Source: a bacterium
Lineage (GTDB): Bacteria; Hinthialibacterota; Hinthialibacteria; Hinthialibacterales; Hinthialibacteraceae
Assembly: GCA_963662285.2 (NCBI GenBank)
Contig: CAXXMV010000002.1
Coordinates: forward strand, 1,376,001-1,440,000
Direction: 5' to 3'
Length of the DNA stretch: 64,000 nucleotides
Positions 51,101-61,000 of the stretch are shown here, piece after piece (position 1 is the stretch's first letter; every line of letters begins with the position of its first letter). Position numbers and translations under genes: made by a program. A model generated the notes under the pieces. It saw only the letters and a program-made list of their open reading frames with translations, was not told where the DNA came from and made no database searches.

Positions 51101-54100
51101 TGAGAACCGTCACTTGATGTTGTTTGATTAGAGCCAGAAATTTTTGGGTATCACGTACATCTTCTTTTTGAGCGACAACCACTTTGCCGCCATATAACAA
51201 TGCGCCATACATCTCCCATACGGAAAAATCGAAACAGAAAGAATGGGCGATAATCCAGACATCACTTTCGCAGAAGTCAAAATCATGCCGCCCATTCTTC
51301 ATCAAGCGAACCACATTACGATGGGAAATCATGCAGCCCTTAGGCTTGCCTGTTGAACCGGATGTATAAATCACATAAGCATTGGCATCCATATCAACTG
51401 GGATAGAAGGGTTGTCGGTATTTTTACTATCCAAGGTAGAAAGCGCAACCATCTTGCGCCTAATGGATGATGAATAACTATCAAGTTCCATCACATCCGT
51501 TATGATAACTGCGCATTGCGAATGCTCAAAAATATACTCCAACCGCGCAGCGGGATAATCCGGGTCCATGGGGACATAGGTTCCACCTGCTTTTAAGATG
51601 CCTAGGAAAACCGCAATAGCCTGTTCGGAACGGTTTAAGAGTCCACCGATGCGGTCGCCGGATCTAACGCTATGAGACTCAATAAGAGCATGAGCGATAG
51701 CGTTGGCCTTTTGATTCAGTTGCTGATATGTTAAAGATTTTTCACCGCAAACAACAGCGATGCGCTCAGGAGTTTTGCATGCCTGTTCTTCAAACAAGGC
51801 GGTTATATTTTTATCAGATGGGTAGTCAGCAGCGGTCTGGTTCAGCGCTGCAATAGATTCTATCTCCCGCCCGGAGCGTACATCTATTGTGAAGAGTGGC
51901 CGGTCTGGATCACTGGTTACCAGTTCAAGTATCTGTACGAAATATTCAGACCAGCGCTGGATGGTTGGTTGCTTGAACAGCTGAGCGGCGTAAATAAAAT
52001 GCAACGACAGTTGATCGGCGTCTTCGTACATATCCAAGTAGAAATCAAACATAGCTGTATCGCTATGAACATGATGATCGGTGAACGTCAAATCCTTGAT
52101 GCGGAAAGCCCGATCATCCGTTTTTTCATAAGCCAACATGGTATCAAAAATGGCATTCAAATGTTTGGGACGGTCGCCATTCATTTTCTCAGCCATCTTT
52201 TCAAATGGGTAATCCTGGTTATCATACGATCTGGAACATGCTTCTTTCACCTGTAAGAGAAACTCAGCAAAGGTATTCTTACCATCAATCCGGGTACGGG
52301 CGATAATAGAATTGACGAACATACCAACTGTTTTAGATAACCTGGCATCCAGCCGCCCTGATGCAGGCATCCCTACCAGCAAATCTTCCTGCTGCGTCAG
52401 TTTGTAAAGCAGAATCTTATAACAGGCCAGTAGTACCATGTACATGGAAACGCCATTGGTTCTGGCTAGATTGTTTAGTTTATCTTTCAGTCCTTTGGGG
52501 ATTTCCCGGAAAATCATACTGCCGGAATAATCAAACTCCTGAGGACGCGCAAAGTCGGTTGGTAAATTCAAAACCGGCAACGGCGCGGCGAGCGTCTCTT
52601 GCCAGAAAGCCTCCTGCTGCTGGTATGCTGCGCTATCTTGCCATTCATCCAGAATCTTCACGCCATCAGAATATTGATATTCAACCGGCTGCAAAGCGAC
52701 GCCTTGATACAAAGACATCAATTCCGTAGCCATGACGGTAAACGAAATTCCATCCAGCGCAATATGATGAGCATCACCGAGCAATAGATGTCTGGTTTCA
52801 CTTACCTTCAATAAAGCAATGCGCAACAGGGGAACTTTGCTCAAATCGAAAGGCCGGATAAAGGAGCGTATGTTTTGATCAATGCTCTCTTCGGTTGAGT
52901 CGATTCGTTCAATCGAAAAGCGCGGCTCGCCTCCCACATATTGAACCCACTCGCCTTCCATCCACAGAAAGCGGGTGCGAAGGCTATCGTGCCGCCGGAT
53001 TATTTCGGCAAAACCGTCTTCCAACAGGTCTACATCCAATGGACCATCGATCCAGAAAGCCTGGGTGATATGATAAGCCAACTCGCCGCCCGGTCTCTGA
53101 GCCATGGCAATCATGCGGCGTTGTACTGAGGTTATAGGATAAAATTGATTTGATGCGCTTTCAGTTTTAATATATTCAAATCCGTTGGCGCGGATTTCGT
53201 ATATGGACTGCTTGATAGCATTTTCGATCAACGCAATATCTTCATTACTATGGGCTGTGGATATGAAATTGATGCGCCGTTCCCAGGCGTACACGCCTTT
53301 CATCAGCATTAAGAGGAATAGGATTTCCATCTCAAGAGGTTGATTATCATTGATACCCACAGGAACCAGGCGCCATTGTGAGGCGAAGAATTGCGCTCTT
53401 ATTGGAACCTGCTCTTTTTCAAAGAAATAATTTAAGGATAAACATAAACGCCCGGTTTTCTGGTTCAACTCTTCTTGTAGTGCAGGGCCTTTTTTTTGGA
53501 GTTCACTCAGAACCGCATAGGCGCCAGCCATACTCATAGGGTTGCGGGCGAAGGTTCCACCAAAGAAAATCATATCAGCATGAGGGCCGGATTGATCGCC
53601 ATATTGCCAGTATCCGCCATCAATATAATCCATATACCTGGCTTTTCCCGCAATAATGCCGACGGGCAATCCTCCCCCGGCGATTTTACCATAGGTTATA
53701 ATATCGGCCTGTACGCCAAACCAGGCTTGCGCTCCTCCCGCATGGATGCGAAAACCATTTATCATCTCGTCAAAAATCAGAGCAGCGTTGCATCTCTCGG
53801 TTATTCTTCTTAATTTGCGCAGAAACAGTTGCGGTTGTAAATCCGGGTTCCGGCTTTGAACCGGTTCTACCAGGACTGCGGCCAGTTCATCTTTCAAGCC
53901 TTCTATGATGGACAAAGATTCAGCGCTGTCATAATCCAGTAGAACCAGATTCTCAATCATGCCGACCGGGGTGCCAACGCTAAAGGGAACCAGTCCGTCT
54001 TCAGTTTCTGTCGCCAGTACGCCGTCAAATATCCCATGATAGGAATTCTTAAATAGTACAACAGTATTTTTCCCAGTGGCGGCGCGCGCCAGACGGATGG

Positions 54101-57100
54101 CGACCATGACGGATTCGGTACCGGTGTTGCAAAAGGTAACCCGCTCAACGCCGGTCAACTCATGAATCAAGGTCGCCACTTTTCCTGTTAAATCAGATTG
54201 CGGGCCGATTTCAAAACCTTCGGTTATCTGTTTATTGAGAGATTCAACCAGAAAAGCAGGCCGGTGCCCGAAGATGTGAACCCCCATTCCCATGGCGATA
54301 TCCACATACTCATTGCCGTCTTTATCCCAGAACCGCGCCCCCTGTGAATGATCGGATACGATTGGGTATTTCGCTTCTTTAAGATGATTCCAAAAAGAAA
54401 GGGTGTGTTTCCAGTCAGCCAGAATTTTCCTTGATTGCTGGGTAATCTCTTTGGAGGTTGAGGTCCGTTTTATATATTGATCTACTACGGTTTGAATCCA
54501 TGCTTTTTGAGTATCAGTGAGAGTGTTTAATTTTTTTAAGTTCAGTGAACGGAATTCTTCAGCTTTCTTGGTATTCCGCACTGTCTTTACCGATGTTGAT
54601 TGTTTATCTTCTGTTGCAACTTTCTTTTGAACGCTAGAGGATACGGTCAATGATGCTGCGTCTGTTTTGCCCAATACATTTAGTTGTTGCTGGATCAATC
54701 CTTGCATCGAAGCCATATTCTGATTGGATAAAGCGGACAATTGCTGAAGTTGTTGCTGCATTAACTTAACAACCGCGTTATCCGTATCAAGTTGCTGTAG
54801 AGACGGCGGGATTGCAATATCCAAATTTTGTTGGAAGGCCTGTTGTTGCGGCGCATCCTGCTCAACAGCATCAGAAGAGATGCTTAAATTGGGAGCATTA
54901 ACGGCTATGCATTGCGCTACATCATCCAGAGTTTGCAGTTCATTAAAGAACTGGCTGACTTTAAGTTCGATGCCATATTTCTTTTCAATGGTTTGAACAA
55001 TCTTAAAAAGTAATAGGGAATCAAATCCCATTTCCAGCAATCTAACATCCGGTTGAATATCACCTAGATCAAAACCGCCAATGTCTGCAACAAGTTTAAT
55101 TAAATCATTTTTTAATTTGTCATTCATTATTTCTGTGCAATCCTGTTCCGGATTATCATGTTTATTTTTGTCATGATTCATACCCTCATCAGTGGCGACA
55201 ATTTCGTTGTGCTTATGTTCGTTATTTGCTGAAGGAAGCAGGTTAAGAAAATATTTTTTACGTTCAAAAGGATAGGTAGGAATATCTGTTTTTTGATAAG
55301 TGGCGCCCGGGTAAATTTTCCGCCAATCCATATCCATGCCATTTACATACATGCGTCCAAGGCATGAAAGGATGCAACGCATATCTTGCTGTTTTTTCTG
55401 AAGTGAATTGAGCCACAAACATTTCTTATCGGTTTTGCACTGTCTGCCGAAAGAGGCCAGCGTATGTGATGGCCCCAATTCTAAAAAGAGATCAAATCCA
55501 TCTTTCAGACAAGAAGAGACGGCGTCATAAAAACGCACCGGACTGACGATCTGCTTACCCCAATAGACAGAGTTGACTGGAGTATTTCCATCGATCAAAT
55601 CTCCAGTAAGCGTTGAATAAAACGGAATTACAGGAGATGAATACGAGATGGTTCGCCCGGTCTGTTCAAATTCATCGACCATTGGTTCAATCAACGATGA
55701 ATGAAAAGCGTGCGAAACGGGCAGGAATTTACAAGGTATCTTATGTTGTTCAAAGGATTGCGCGCATTGCTTCAGCGCATCGCTATGCCCGGTGATGGTA
55801 ACCCGCTCAGGCGTGTTGACCGCAGCGATATTAATGACGCCCTTGTGCTCACCGATCAATTCAAGAACCTGTTTTTCAGAGGCGAACACAGCCGCCATAC
55901 TACCGTTGGGCGCGAGAGCCTGCATTCTCTTGCCGCGCTCCGCCGCCAGGTTTAAGGCGTCTTCCAAAGAGAATACGCCCGCCGCATAGGCCGCCGCATA
56001 TTCTCCAATGCTATGCCCGATAACCGCTACGGGTTCAACGCCCCATGAACGCCACAATGCGATCAAAGCGTATTCCAGCGCGAATAATGCGGGCTGGGTA
56101 ACCGCCGTCTGGTTCAGTTCTTCTTCTTGGGCGTTATCGGCGAACAAATAATCTAATAATGATTTCTCAAACCAGGGTTGAAGAATCTCGCTGCATTGAT
56201 TTAAAGCCTCACGGAATACAGGCTGATCTTGATACAGTCCACGTCCCATACCGACATATTGCGCGCCCTGTCCTGAAAATAAAAACACGATTCCCTTATT
56301 TCCATAGCACACTGATTCATTAGAGATAAATGTGTTTTTCGCCTTTTTATCTTTGATATATGACTGCAACTCCTCAGTAAATTCCAGCGCCGTACCTGTA
56401 ACCACCGCCATCCGTTTGGGGAAATGACTTCGTCCCGCTGAAGCGGTAAAACAGATATCCGAAAGGGGCGAAGGTGGTTCAGCAAATGTATTGATGTAAC
56501 GGGAAGCCAATTGATCCAGCGCACTCTCTGTCTTGGTGGATAGAGTTAACAAAGAAACAGGCGGGCAGGGTGGATTGGTTTGCTGACGGGGCGGTTGGCA
56601 ATACTCTTCTATTACTACATGGCAATTGGTTCCGCTAAGTCCAAATGAACTAACGCCACCGGCACGGGGGCTATCATTGGCAGGCCAATCTCTTAGAGTT
56701 GTATTGACCTCTATGGGAATCTCATCCCACAGAATATGCTTGTTCGGCTCTTTATAATGCAAACTGGGGGGGATTTGTTGATGATATAAAGATAAAACCA
56801 ACTTTATGACGCCAGCAACGCCCGCCGCTGCTTCAGTATGACCAATGTTGGTTTTCACTGAACCAAGGTATAAAGGATCATCCAGCGTCCGTGACGCTCC
56901 GAACACAGCGTGAAGCGCGTTGACTTCAATCGGATCGCCTAGTATCGTTCCAGTTCCATGAGCCTCTATCAGGTCGATGGCGCCTGGAGATATTCCAGCA
57001 TTGTTTAACGCTTCATGGATAATCCGGGTTTGAGCCGGGCCATTGGGGGCGGTCAGCCCGTTACTGCGTCCATCATGATTAACCGCACAACCTTTAATTA

Positions 57101-57983
57101 CGGCGTAAACCCGATCACCATCTCGTTGCGCATCCTGCAAACGCTTAAGAACAACGACTCCACAGCCTTCCCCCCGGCCATAACCATCCGCGCTATTATC
57201 AAAAGACTTGCAGCGTCCATCAGGCGATAAAGCCATAACCTTTGACAGACCAATAAACCCATCAGGAGACATATTAAGAGTCACGCCTCCCGTCAAAGCC
57301 ATATCACATGCGCCGCTTTGTAAATTTTTAACCGCCTGAGTCAATGAAACCAGCGAAGAAGAACAGGCGGTATCAACCGATAAGGTAGGTCCCTTGAAAT
57401 CATAAAAATAGGATAAACGGCCAGCGCAGACGCTAACCATCACTCCACTGGCTGAAAAAGAATCAATCCGGGCGAAATCATCGGAGTGAATATGCGCCCG
57501 GAAATAATCATAATTTGAATAACCCAGAAACACCCCGGTGCGGCTGCCCCTCAGCTGGTTGGGATCAATTCCGGCATTCTCCAATGCTTCCCAGCTGACC
57601 TCTAGCAATATGCGGTGTTGGGGATCCATCTCCTTCGCCTCAACCGGCGTTATGCCGAAAAAGGATGGATCAAAATGGTCGAATTTATCTATGAATGCCC
57701 CGGATTTGGTATACATTTTCCCCGGAGCAGTTGGATCAGGATCATAGAACGCATCTACATCCCACCGATCCGGAGGGATCAGCGTTACTGTATCAATCTT
57801 ATCTCTGACAATTTTCCAGAAATCACCCGGAGAAGATACTCCTCCGGGAAAACGGCAACCAATCCCGATTACCGCGATTGCATCATTACGTTTCAATGCT
57901 TCGTTCTCATGAAGCAGCGCTTTGATTTTTTCTGAAGCTTTTCTCAGAGTATCTAAGTATTTCTTCTCCTTGGCAGAATCCAT
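42174..57983 (-). CDS. Hybrid PKS-NRPS: KS-AT-ACP-aminotransferase-C-A(Thr)-T-E-C-A(?)-T-C-A(Phe)-T
   Basis: KS DTACSSS/HGTGT/NIGH; AT GHSIG and HAFH (malonyl); ACP GFDSL; class III aminotransferase FDEM..GFR, YGKIAGGGLP; three HHxxxDG C domains; E domain HHLIIDGVSW/EGHGR; codes DFWNIGMVHK and DAWTIAAICK. Confidence 0.95.
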   Translation of the reverse strand: MDSAKEKKYLDTLRKASEKIKALLHENEALKRNDAIAVIGIGCRFPGGVSSPGDFWKIVRDKIDTVTLIPPDRWDVDAFYDPDPTAPGKMYTKSGAFIDKFDHFDPSFFGITPVEAKEMDPQHRILLEVSWEALENAGIDPNQLRGSRTGVFLGYSNYDYFRAHIHSDDFARIDSFSASGVMVSVCAGRLSYFYDFKGPTLSVDTACSSSLVSLTQAVKNLQSGACDMALTGGVTLNMSPDGFIGLSKVMALSPDGRCKSFDNSADGYGRGEGCGVVVLKRLQDAQRDGDRVYAVIKGCAVNHDGRSNGLTAPNGPAQTRIIHEALNNAGISPGAIDLIEAHGTGTILGDPIEVNALHAVFGASRTLDDPLYLGSVKTNIGHTEAAAGVAGVIKLVLSLYHQQIPPSLHYKEPNKHILWDEIPIEVNTTLRDWPANDSPRAGGVSSFGLSGTNCHVVIEEYCQPPRQQTNPPCPPVSLLTLSTKTESALDQLASRYINTFAEPPSPLSDICFTASAGRSHFPKRMAVVTGTALEFTEELQSYIKDKKAKNTFISNESVCYGNKGIVFLFSGQGAQYVGMGRGLYQDQPVFREALNQCSEILQPWFEKSLLDYLFADNAQEEELNQTAVTQPALFALEYALIALWRSWGVEPVAVIGHSIGEYAAAYAAGVFSLEDALNLAAERGKRMQALAPNGSMAAVFASEKQVLELIGEHKGVINIAAVNTPERVTITGHSDALKQCAQSFEQHKIPCKFLPVSHAFHSSLIEPMVDEFEQTGRTISYSSPVIPFYSTLTGDLIDGNTPVNSVYWGKQIVSPVRFYDAVSSCLKDGFDLFLELGPSHTLASFGRQCKTDKKCLWLNSLQKKQQDMRCILSCLGRMYVNGMDMDWRKIYPGATYQKTDIPTYPFERKKYFLNLLPSANNEHKHNEIVATDEGMNHDKNKHDNPEQDCTEIMNDKLKNDLIKLVADIGGFDLGDIQPDVRLLEMGFDSLLLFKIVQTIEKKYGIELKVSQFFNELQTLDDVAQCIAVNAPNLSISSDAVEQDAPQQQAFQQNLDIAIPPSLQQLDTDNAVVKLMQQQLQQLSALSNQNMASMQGLIQQQLNVLGKTDAASLTVSSSVQKKVATEDKQSTSVKTVRNTKKAEEFRSLNLKKLNTLTDTQKAWIQTVVDQYIKRTSTSKEITQQSRKILADWKHTLSFWNHLKEAKYPIVSDHSQGARFWDKDGNEYVDIAMGMGVHIFGHRPAFLVESLNKQITEGFEIGPQSDLTGKVATLIHELTGVERVTFCNTGTESVMVAIRLARAATGKNTVVLFKNSYHGIFDGVLATETEDGLVPFSVGTPVGMIENLVLLDYDSAESLSIIEGLKDELAAVLVEPVQSRNPDLQPQLFLRKLRRITERCNAALIFDEMINGFRIHAGGAQAWFGVQADIITYGKIAGGGLPVGIIAGKARYMDYIDGGYWQYGDQSGPHADMIFFGGTFARNPMSMAGAYAVLSELQKKGPALQEELNQKTGRLCLSLNYFFEKEQVPIRAQFFASQWRLVPVGINDNQPLEMEILFLLMLMKGVYAWERRINFISTAHSNEDIALIENAIKQSIYEIRANGFEYIKTESASNQFYPITSVQRRMIAMAQRPGGELAYHITQAFWIDGPLDVDLLEDGFAEIIRRHDSLRTRFLWMEGEWVQYVGGEPRFSIERIDSTEESIDQNIRSFIRPFDLSKVPLLRIALLKVSETRHLLLGDAHHIALDGISFTVMATELMSLYQGVALQPVEYQYSDGVKILDEWQDSAAYQQQEAFWQETLAAPLPVLNLPTDFARPQEFDYSGSMIFREIPKGLKDKLNNLARTNGVSMYMVLLACYKILLYKLTQQEDLLVGMPASGRLDARLSKTVGMFVNSIIARTRIDGKNTFAEFLLQVKEACSRSYDNQDYPFEKMAEKMNGDRPKHLNAIFDTMLAYEKTDDRAFRIKDLTFTDHHVHSDTAMFDFYLDMYEDADQLSLHFIYAAQLFKQPTIQRWSEYFVQILELVTSDPDRPLFTIDVRSGREIESIAALNQTAADYPSDKNITALFEEQACKTPERIAVVCGEKSLTYQQLNQKANAIAHALIESHSVRSGDRIGGLLNRSEQAIAVFLGILKAGGTYVPMDPDYPAARLEYIFEHSQCAVIITDVMELDSYSSSIRRKMVALSTLDSKNTDNPSIPVDMDANAYVIYTSGSTGKPKGCMISHRNVVRLMKNGRHDFDFCESDVWIIAHSFCFDFSVWEMYGALLYGGKVVVAQKEDVRDTQKFLALIKQHQVTVLNQTPAAFRNLIDVEDQQEAHQLCDHLRYVIFGGDRLDPSSLQKWVCHYPLKRIALINMYGITETTVHVSYYRIKDRDISQPDGRSLIGRPLPETSIYICDANMNQQPIGVAGEMYIGGSGVGLGYLHAPDLTCERFIQSPFNQNERLYKSGDMARCLADDVIEYIGRNDHQVQVRGFRIEPGEIQTAMQTHPVIEKSFVSARKNNVGTDELIAYYTSVEKIDSKVLRDYLSDIIPYYMIPSYFVQVDDFPITSNGKIDIKNLPVPEDLTDADGRQYSAPQSATEQVLEKVWAAVLGVKQVSRNDNFFNLGGDSIKAILIQTKLYQEGIAFDIKTLFKYPSIAVLATHLQITTKIEAKPLSYDQDALSPIQHWFFESHSSDLHHFNQSVLLKTKKTIDLKIIKTVIKELLSQHESLRMTYPLVDGSIKPTLTAFDLDSCFIEVDFRDAQNALQQMQTHASDMQSQFDLAKGPLVKIIYYHMPDGDRLFFVMHHLIIDGVSWRVLLGDFIMGYEQLLHNKKLALGFTSDSYSQWAAALQMYSQSETQLQEIPYWNSQESQNVKSIPVDFACASNRYADEEKIEMSLSEEETSLLLTKANQVYQTQTVEILLTAFVLAMQEWTNQDCMRLFLEGHGRAPINPPVNINRTIGWFTALYPVIFNVSHCSGFTESVQSVQDTLRRIPNNGIGYGILRYAASALSKQEFKIHSTWDVVFNYLGQFDDVDNEHFSISDETTGEDCGQQLERLFLLEINSAVDEKRFSLSMAYNKNIHRRESITNLLNLFTAKLKQILETARSSDGHFIQSSPSFEYWDLSTSDLERALKVYGFSLEDVDDILPMSPLQEGMLFHAMSEEGAKSYFVQFNFSINGQFDKDIFIDCWNDLVDRHPVLRTVFIYDRVPEPMQVVIKKMECEFLFEDLRSLTPTQAADRVKQSQIEDRNRFFDLNRGPLMRFTILQLTESCFEIVWSHHHIVLDGWSVAILHEEFVALYRQRKSCVKAELPAVKPYQDFIRWLQKQDMEPSRIFWRKYLDGVTAPSYVPGGQSTSSSSNYQVQEHIFTLPKDQSTKLCNFAQRNQATLSTVFQTAWAVLLSRYNNADECVFGIVLSGRPAQIEGVDNIVGLFLQTIPIRIKVNTVKTFNELLHNVQTSILDCFLHQYYPIADIMACTNLHNELINHLIVFENYPEPEYVNQPEDDPLGFVMSNLRSHEQMNYDFSIVIHPKDEIEIKFSVNTNVFTKEDAIRIESHLRTLISCILESEHFNIQNLDLSEKPDTTLIQDDNIIPEDESKTEILLDLFEKQVKLSPDSIAIDDDKQEISYQQLDDHSSFVAKALKKAGCRRESNIAVFMGNGADYIAAIIAIQKSCGVFAPINPDVPIKRLETILDLIEARIIVTNNDQYQHLLELLPKISYRPKKILVIKTPDLCMLHDYVSNSKSDIKISETKDISLEERPSPQDSIYILFSSGSTGEPKAILGTHEGLTHFIKWQIKEFNIGSDIRVSNLSTTMFDVSLRDIFLPLLSGGEVCIPTKNQRENFHLLFEWFKQKRISATHIVPGFFRLLIQDAGIAGKTDQLPDLRYIFFAGEPLFGRDVESALRTFGNEILCVNIYGPSETTLAKFFHRISTPVNEPNKMVYVGKPITGTKVYILKNGHQAAVGEIGEICIQPPFACKGFYKNPKMTAQKFIPNPITKNPADIIYTTGDLGRLHTNGDIEILGRLDRQVKIAGVRIELVEIDEAVMKYPDINQAFSILHKRNSKDSALTCYYTVKNPVDIDDLKNFLQDHLPSIFIPEFLIPLDRFPLNLNGKIDMKSLPKPDALVYDRFEYKPPTNKTEEELEKLWKQVLGLGRIGVETPFLSIGGNSLKAIRLISRINSFFDVEVRIKTFFERATIKKMAEFIQSQIQQTESSIQVLPTQPDYAVSHAQLRLWILDQMEIDAKAYNIPGALRCEGKMDATALQTAFNMLIQRHEILRTTFKNEGKNVRQVVHDKMDFAITTVDLTDVPNPENEAQSICSNDAAKPFDLSTGPLLRVLLLQLKKDSWILFFNIHHIVFDGWSVAVLSQELFSIYEKCRQGVQPDLPPLHFQYKDYAGWQNAYLASEKVYAHQKYWNDKLEKRLSTIDLPLDYTRPPIQTFNGDTASSIISADIVDKFRRICLDLDGSLYMGMVCLIKILLFRYTSQKNIVIGSPVAGRDQLEFENQIGFYVNTLILADELDGQHTFADTFSQIKQTITEALEHSIYPFDKIVDDIAPERDMSRPPIVEVMLVYQNFDSPAINIDGIHVQEFEFSCAVSRFTIAYIFEENPDGTISFRIEYNTDLFKPDRIKRMSEHFNELLNDVLTNHTKSINQFSIIPGIERKQIFDQPNIDSASLSPDVMLVDMFKEWVKSSPDSIAVICDEHQLTYAQLDKLTNQLANCIHDQWGVKKGERIGVLMERSEWVVIAWIGILKAGCVYVPFDLSYPARRIAYMIKDSDCSLVLTDETQKNEWNDIAKKVVPITEIHDADSAYKKYAISGDDLAYIIYTSGSTGKPKGVQLEHRGAVNLCYEHREGIGVKPSDNVLQFASMSFDASVWEMSMALMQGACLVIAQQHYIQNTARLSAYLKKHQVSIATLPPTYVTGLSLEDLSSLRILITAGEPPRQEDVRRFSKHLQYINAYGPTETTICASYYKFGASESLNGALPIGKPIRNFQILILDSYGNIAPIGIPGEICVAGVGLAHGYINKDELNRKTFVPHPYQKNHRLYKTGDVGCLHADGNLEFLGRMDNQIKIRGYRVELSEIEQAILSYPNMMHAAVVVKENQQLTKELAAYYVSEQDIEWHKVRSDLGRTLPDYMIPAIGLQIDQLPLLPNGKIDSKKLLTYEISLQHGEQKLDPPENALQETIQKIWMTIMGKTQIGVRQRFFEIGGDSIQAIQIITKLNETGYQAEIQDLFLHPTIESFASIIKPLNASSETPGKEIEQPYISRVNLDPDDLDDIFDDE

Positions 57984-58041
57984 TTTCTCCCCATATATGA
58001 TTCATATAAAAATACATAACCTTCAATTTCCAGGCTGCATA

Positions 58042-61000
58042 TTATGGTTTAATCAATTCTTCAATTTCCTGTAACATTGACTCGTTATCTAATTTATTTT
58101 TCTCTTGATCTGTCTGAGAGGTAGATTCCGTCTTGGTAATATCAAGCACAGACGTCAAAATAAAATCAGCAATTTTTTCCAATGTTGGATAATCAAATAA
58201 TAGGGATACAGGTAAAGGCTTATTCAATTTTTTACTTAAGCGGTTGCGGATATCAACCGTCATCAATGAGTCGAATCCTTGATCGGCCAAAGGCTGGGTT
58301 TTAGAGATCAATTCAGACTCGCTATACCCCAGAACTTCTTGAGATAATCTTACTAAATAATCAAGCAATATCTTGTTTTGGGCGCCGGTCTGCGCTTCTT
58401 CCAATTGTTTGATGATATCAGTTTGATTGCTATCTTCCGCTTGAGATGTTTTTTGCTCTGATTGGCTCGAACCGATTAAATTGGCGAACAATCCGGCGGA
58501 TGAATCATAGTTGTGCGATTTGGCGTAGGTTCGCCAATCCACATCAAGCACTGAAGGTTGAGTCATATCTCCATCCAATAGCCTTTTGAATAAGCGAAGA
58601 CAATCATCCGAAGGCATTGAACGAATACCCTGGGATGAGAAGCGATCCACTGTCACCGTTGCAGCCATTCCGGCTTCAGCCCAGGGACCCCAGTTAATCG
58701 CCTGGCATGGGTAGCCCAGATGTTTACGGTAATGTGCGAAGCCATCCATAAATCCATTGGCCGCTGCATAATTGCTCTGCCCCAGGTTACCGATAACGGT
58801 AACCACAGAAGAAAACAAGACGAAGAAATCCAGATTATGATCCATCAACGCATTGTGCAGATTGCATGTTCCCTGAATCTTGGGAAGCATCACCTTACGC
58901 AATCGGTTTCCATCCTGCTCGTTGCCCATACCATCATCCAATACCCCGGCAGCATGGATCACGCCTTTCAGAGGATAATCTAAATCATGTATGGAGGTCA
59001 TCAATTGCTCGACAGCTTCGGGATTCGCAATGTCGGCTTGCTCAACCAGAACAGTAATTCCTCGTTCTTGAAGAGTCTTAATTCTTGTCTCAGCGGCAGG
59101 CTTCATGCCGCTCCGGCCTGTCAGGATAATGGCGCCAGCCCCTTCTTCGGCTAACCATTCAGCAATATTAAGCCCCAAAGCGCCCAATCCGCCAGTCACC
59201 AGATAAGCAGCGTCTGATCTCACTGAACCGGCATTATCAACACTCTCCCGGTGAATTTCATTTTGTCTGGAGAGCACTACCTTACCGATATGTTTGGCCT
59301 GAGCCATAAAGCGGAAGGCTTCCTTGGCCTGCTCCATAGGGAACACGCTGATAGGCAATGGCTGGTATAATTGTTTTACGAATTTATCATAGACTTCAGC
59401 ATACATCTCTGTAATAAATTCGGGATTAGCTCTGGATATCGCGGCCAGATCAAAAGCGTCATATTGGAGCGTCGGATTATATTCCTTAACCTGCTCATCA
59501 GTCCAAATGCCTTTTTTGCCAATTTCCAAAAACTTGCCATTGTCGCATAGCACGGAGAAACTTTTCTCAATAAAATCATTAGCCAGGGAATTCAAAACCA
59601 CATGCACCCCTGCGCCATTGGTAATCTCTTTTATTTCATCTGCAAAATCCAACGTTCGTGAACTAAAGACATGTTTCACGCCCAACTCTTTGAGCAAGGC
59701 TCGCTTTTCTTCGGTTCCGGCAGTGGCGTAAATCTCCGCGCCCACATCCCGTGCGATTTGAATAGCGGCCATCCCCACTCCCCCGGTTCCGGCATGGATC
59801 AAGATACGCATATCACCAGTGATTTTCGCTAATCGAATCAAAGCATAATAGGCGGTCAGAAAAGTCGCAGGTATGGTCACCGCCTCGTTATGGCCAATTC
59901 CAGGAGGTTTCTTGTTAATGGCATTGCGGTGACAGGTGATATAATCGCAAATGCAGCCGGGAGCATCCATCACAATCACTGATTCTCCAACAGCAAAATC
60001 GGTGATCCCTTCCCCGATCTCAGTAACCACGCCCGATGCTTCATAACCTAAAAATCCAGCATCACCCGGATACTGCCCCAGGGTGTTGAGTACATCACGG
60101 AAATTCAAACCAGAGGCGTATACCTTAACCTCCATCTCGTTCAAACCCGGTTTTTTACGCAGACGCGTCTTGAACGACAACTCATCCAATGATCCACGGG
60201 CGCCTACATCCAGATAATAGGCTTCCTGCGTTGAACGTTGCGGATAGCATTCCGCTTGTTGAACAAGCTTATTTTTAGACTCTTTACGCAACCGTGAGAC
60301 GTAACTCTCTTTATTTTTCCTTAATGCAAATTCTTTTTCCTCGCTTGCCGAATCCAATACTCCCAGAAGCCAGGCAACTCCGTCAGGCGTAAGATGTTCA
60401 TCTACATCAATCATCCCGCCCCATACCAACGGCGATTCCAAAACCAGGGTGCGCCCCAATCCCCACAAACTTGATCCATAAGGATTGGCGAAGCGGTCTT
60501 CCGGCTGAACCATCTGGCTTTGTCTGGTGATTATCCAGATGCGCGCATGTTCCAGATTCAATGATTCCAGCGCCTGGACAAGATAGTACATCCCTTCGCT
60601 TAGACGAATTTGTTTTTGCAACAATTCCGACGATTCGCTGTTTGAATACGATGTATCATCCATCCCCATCGCAAAAAGGACTTTTATATCTTTTGCGGTA
60701 TCCGAAACAGCGCTTACAATTTGCTGAATATCCTCTTTAGATGATAAGTTAGCGGCGAAAGATGAATCAGATATTTTTCTATAAGAATCACCTTCAACCA
60801 CATGGATAAAATCTCCCCCCTGCTGTTGTATCTCATTTCGCAGGGCATCAGTGATTGATGGTTCATTCGAAAAAACAATATAACGGGAATCTTTGATCTT
60901 CTGCGTCTCTGTTGTTATGGATTTTTCTTCCCACCCGATCGAATATAGCCAATCTTTTTCTTCGCCGCCCAATTGGCGGAAAAGGGTTTTCCGGTCGGTC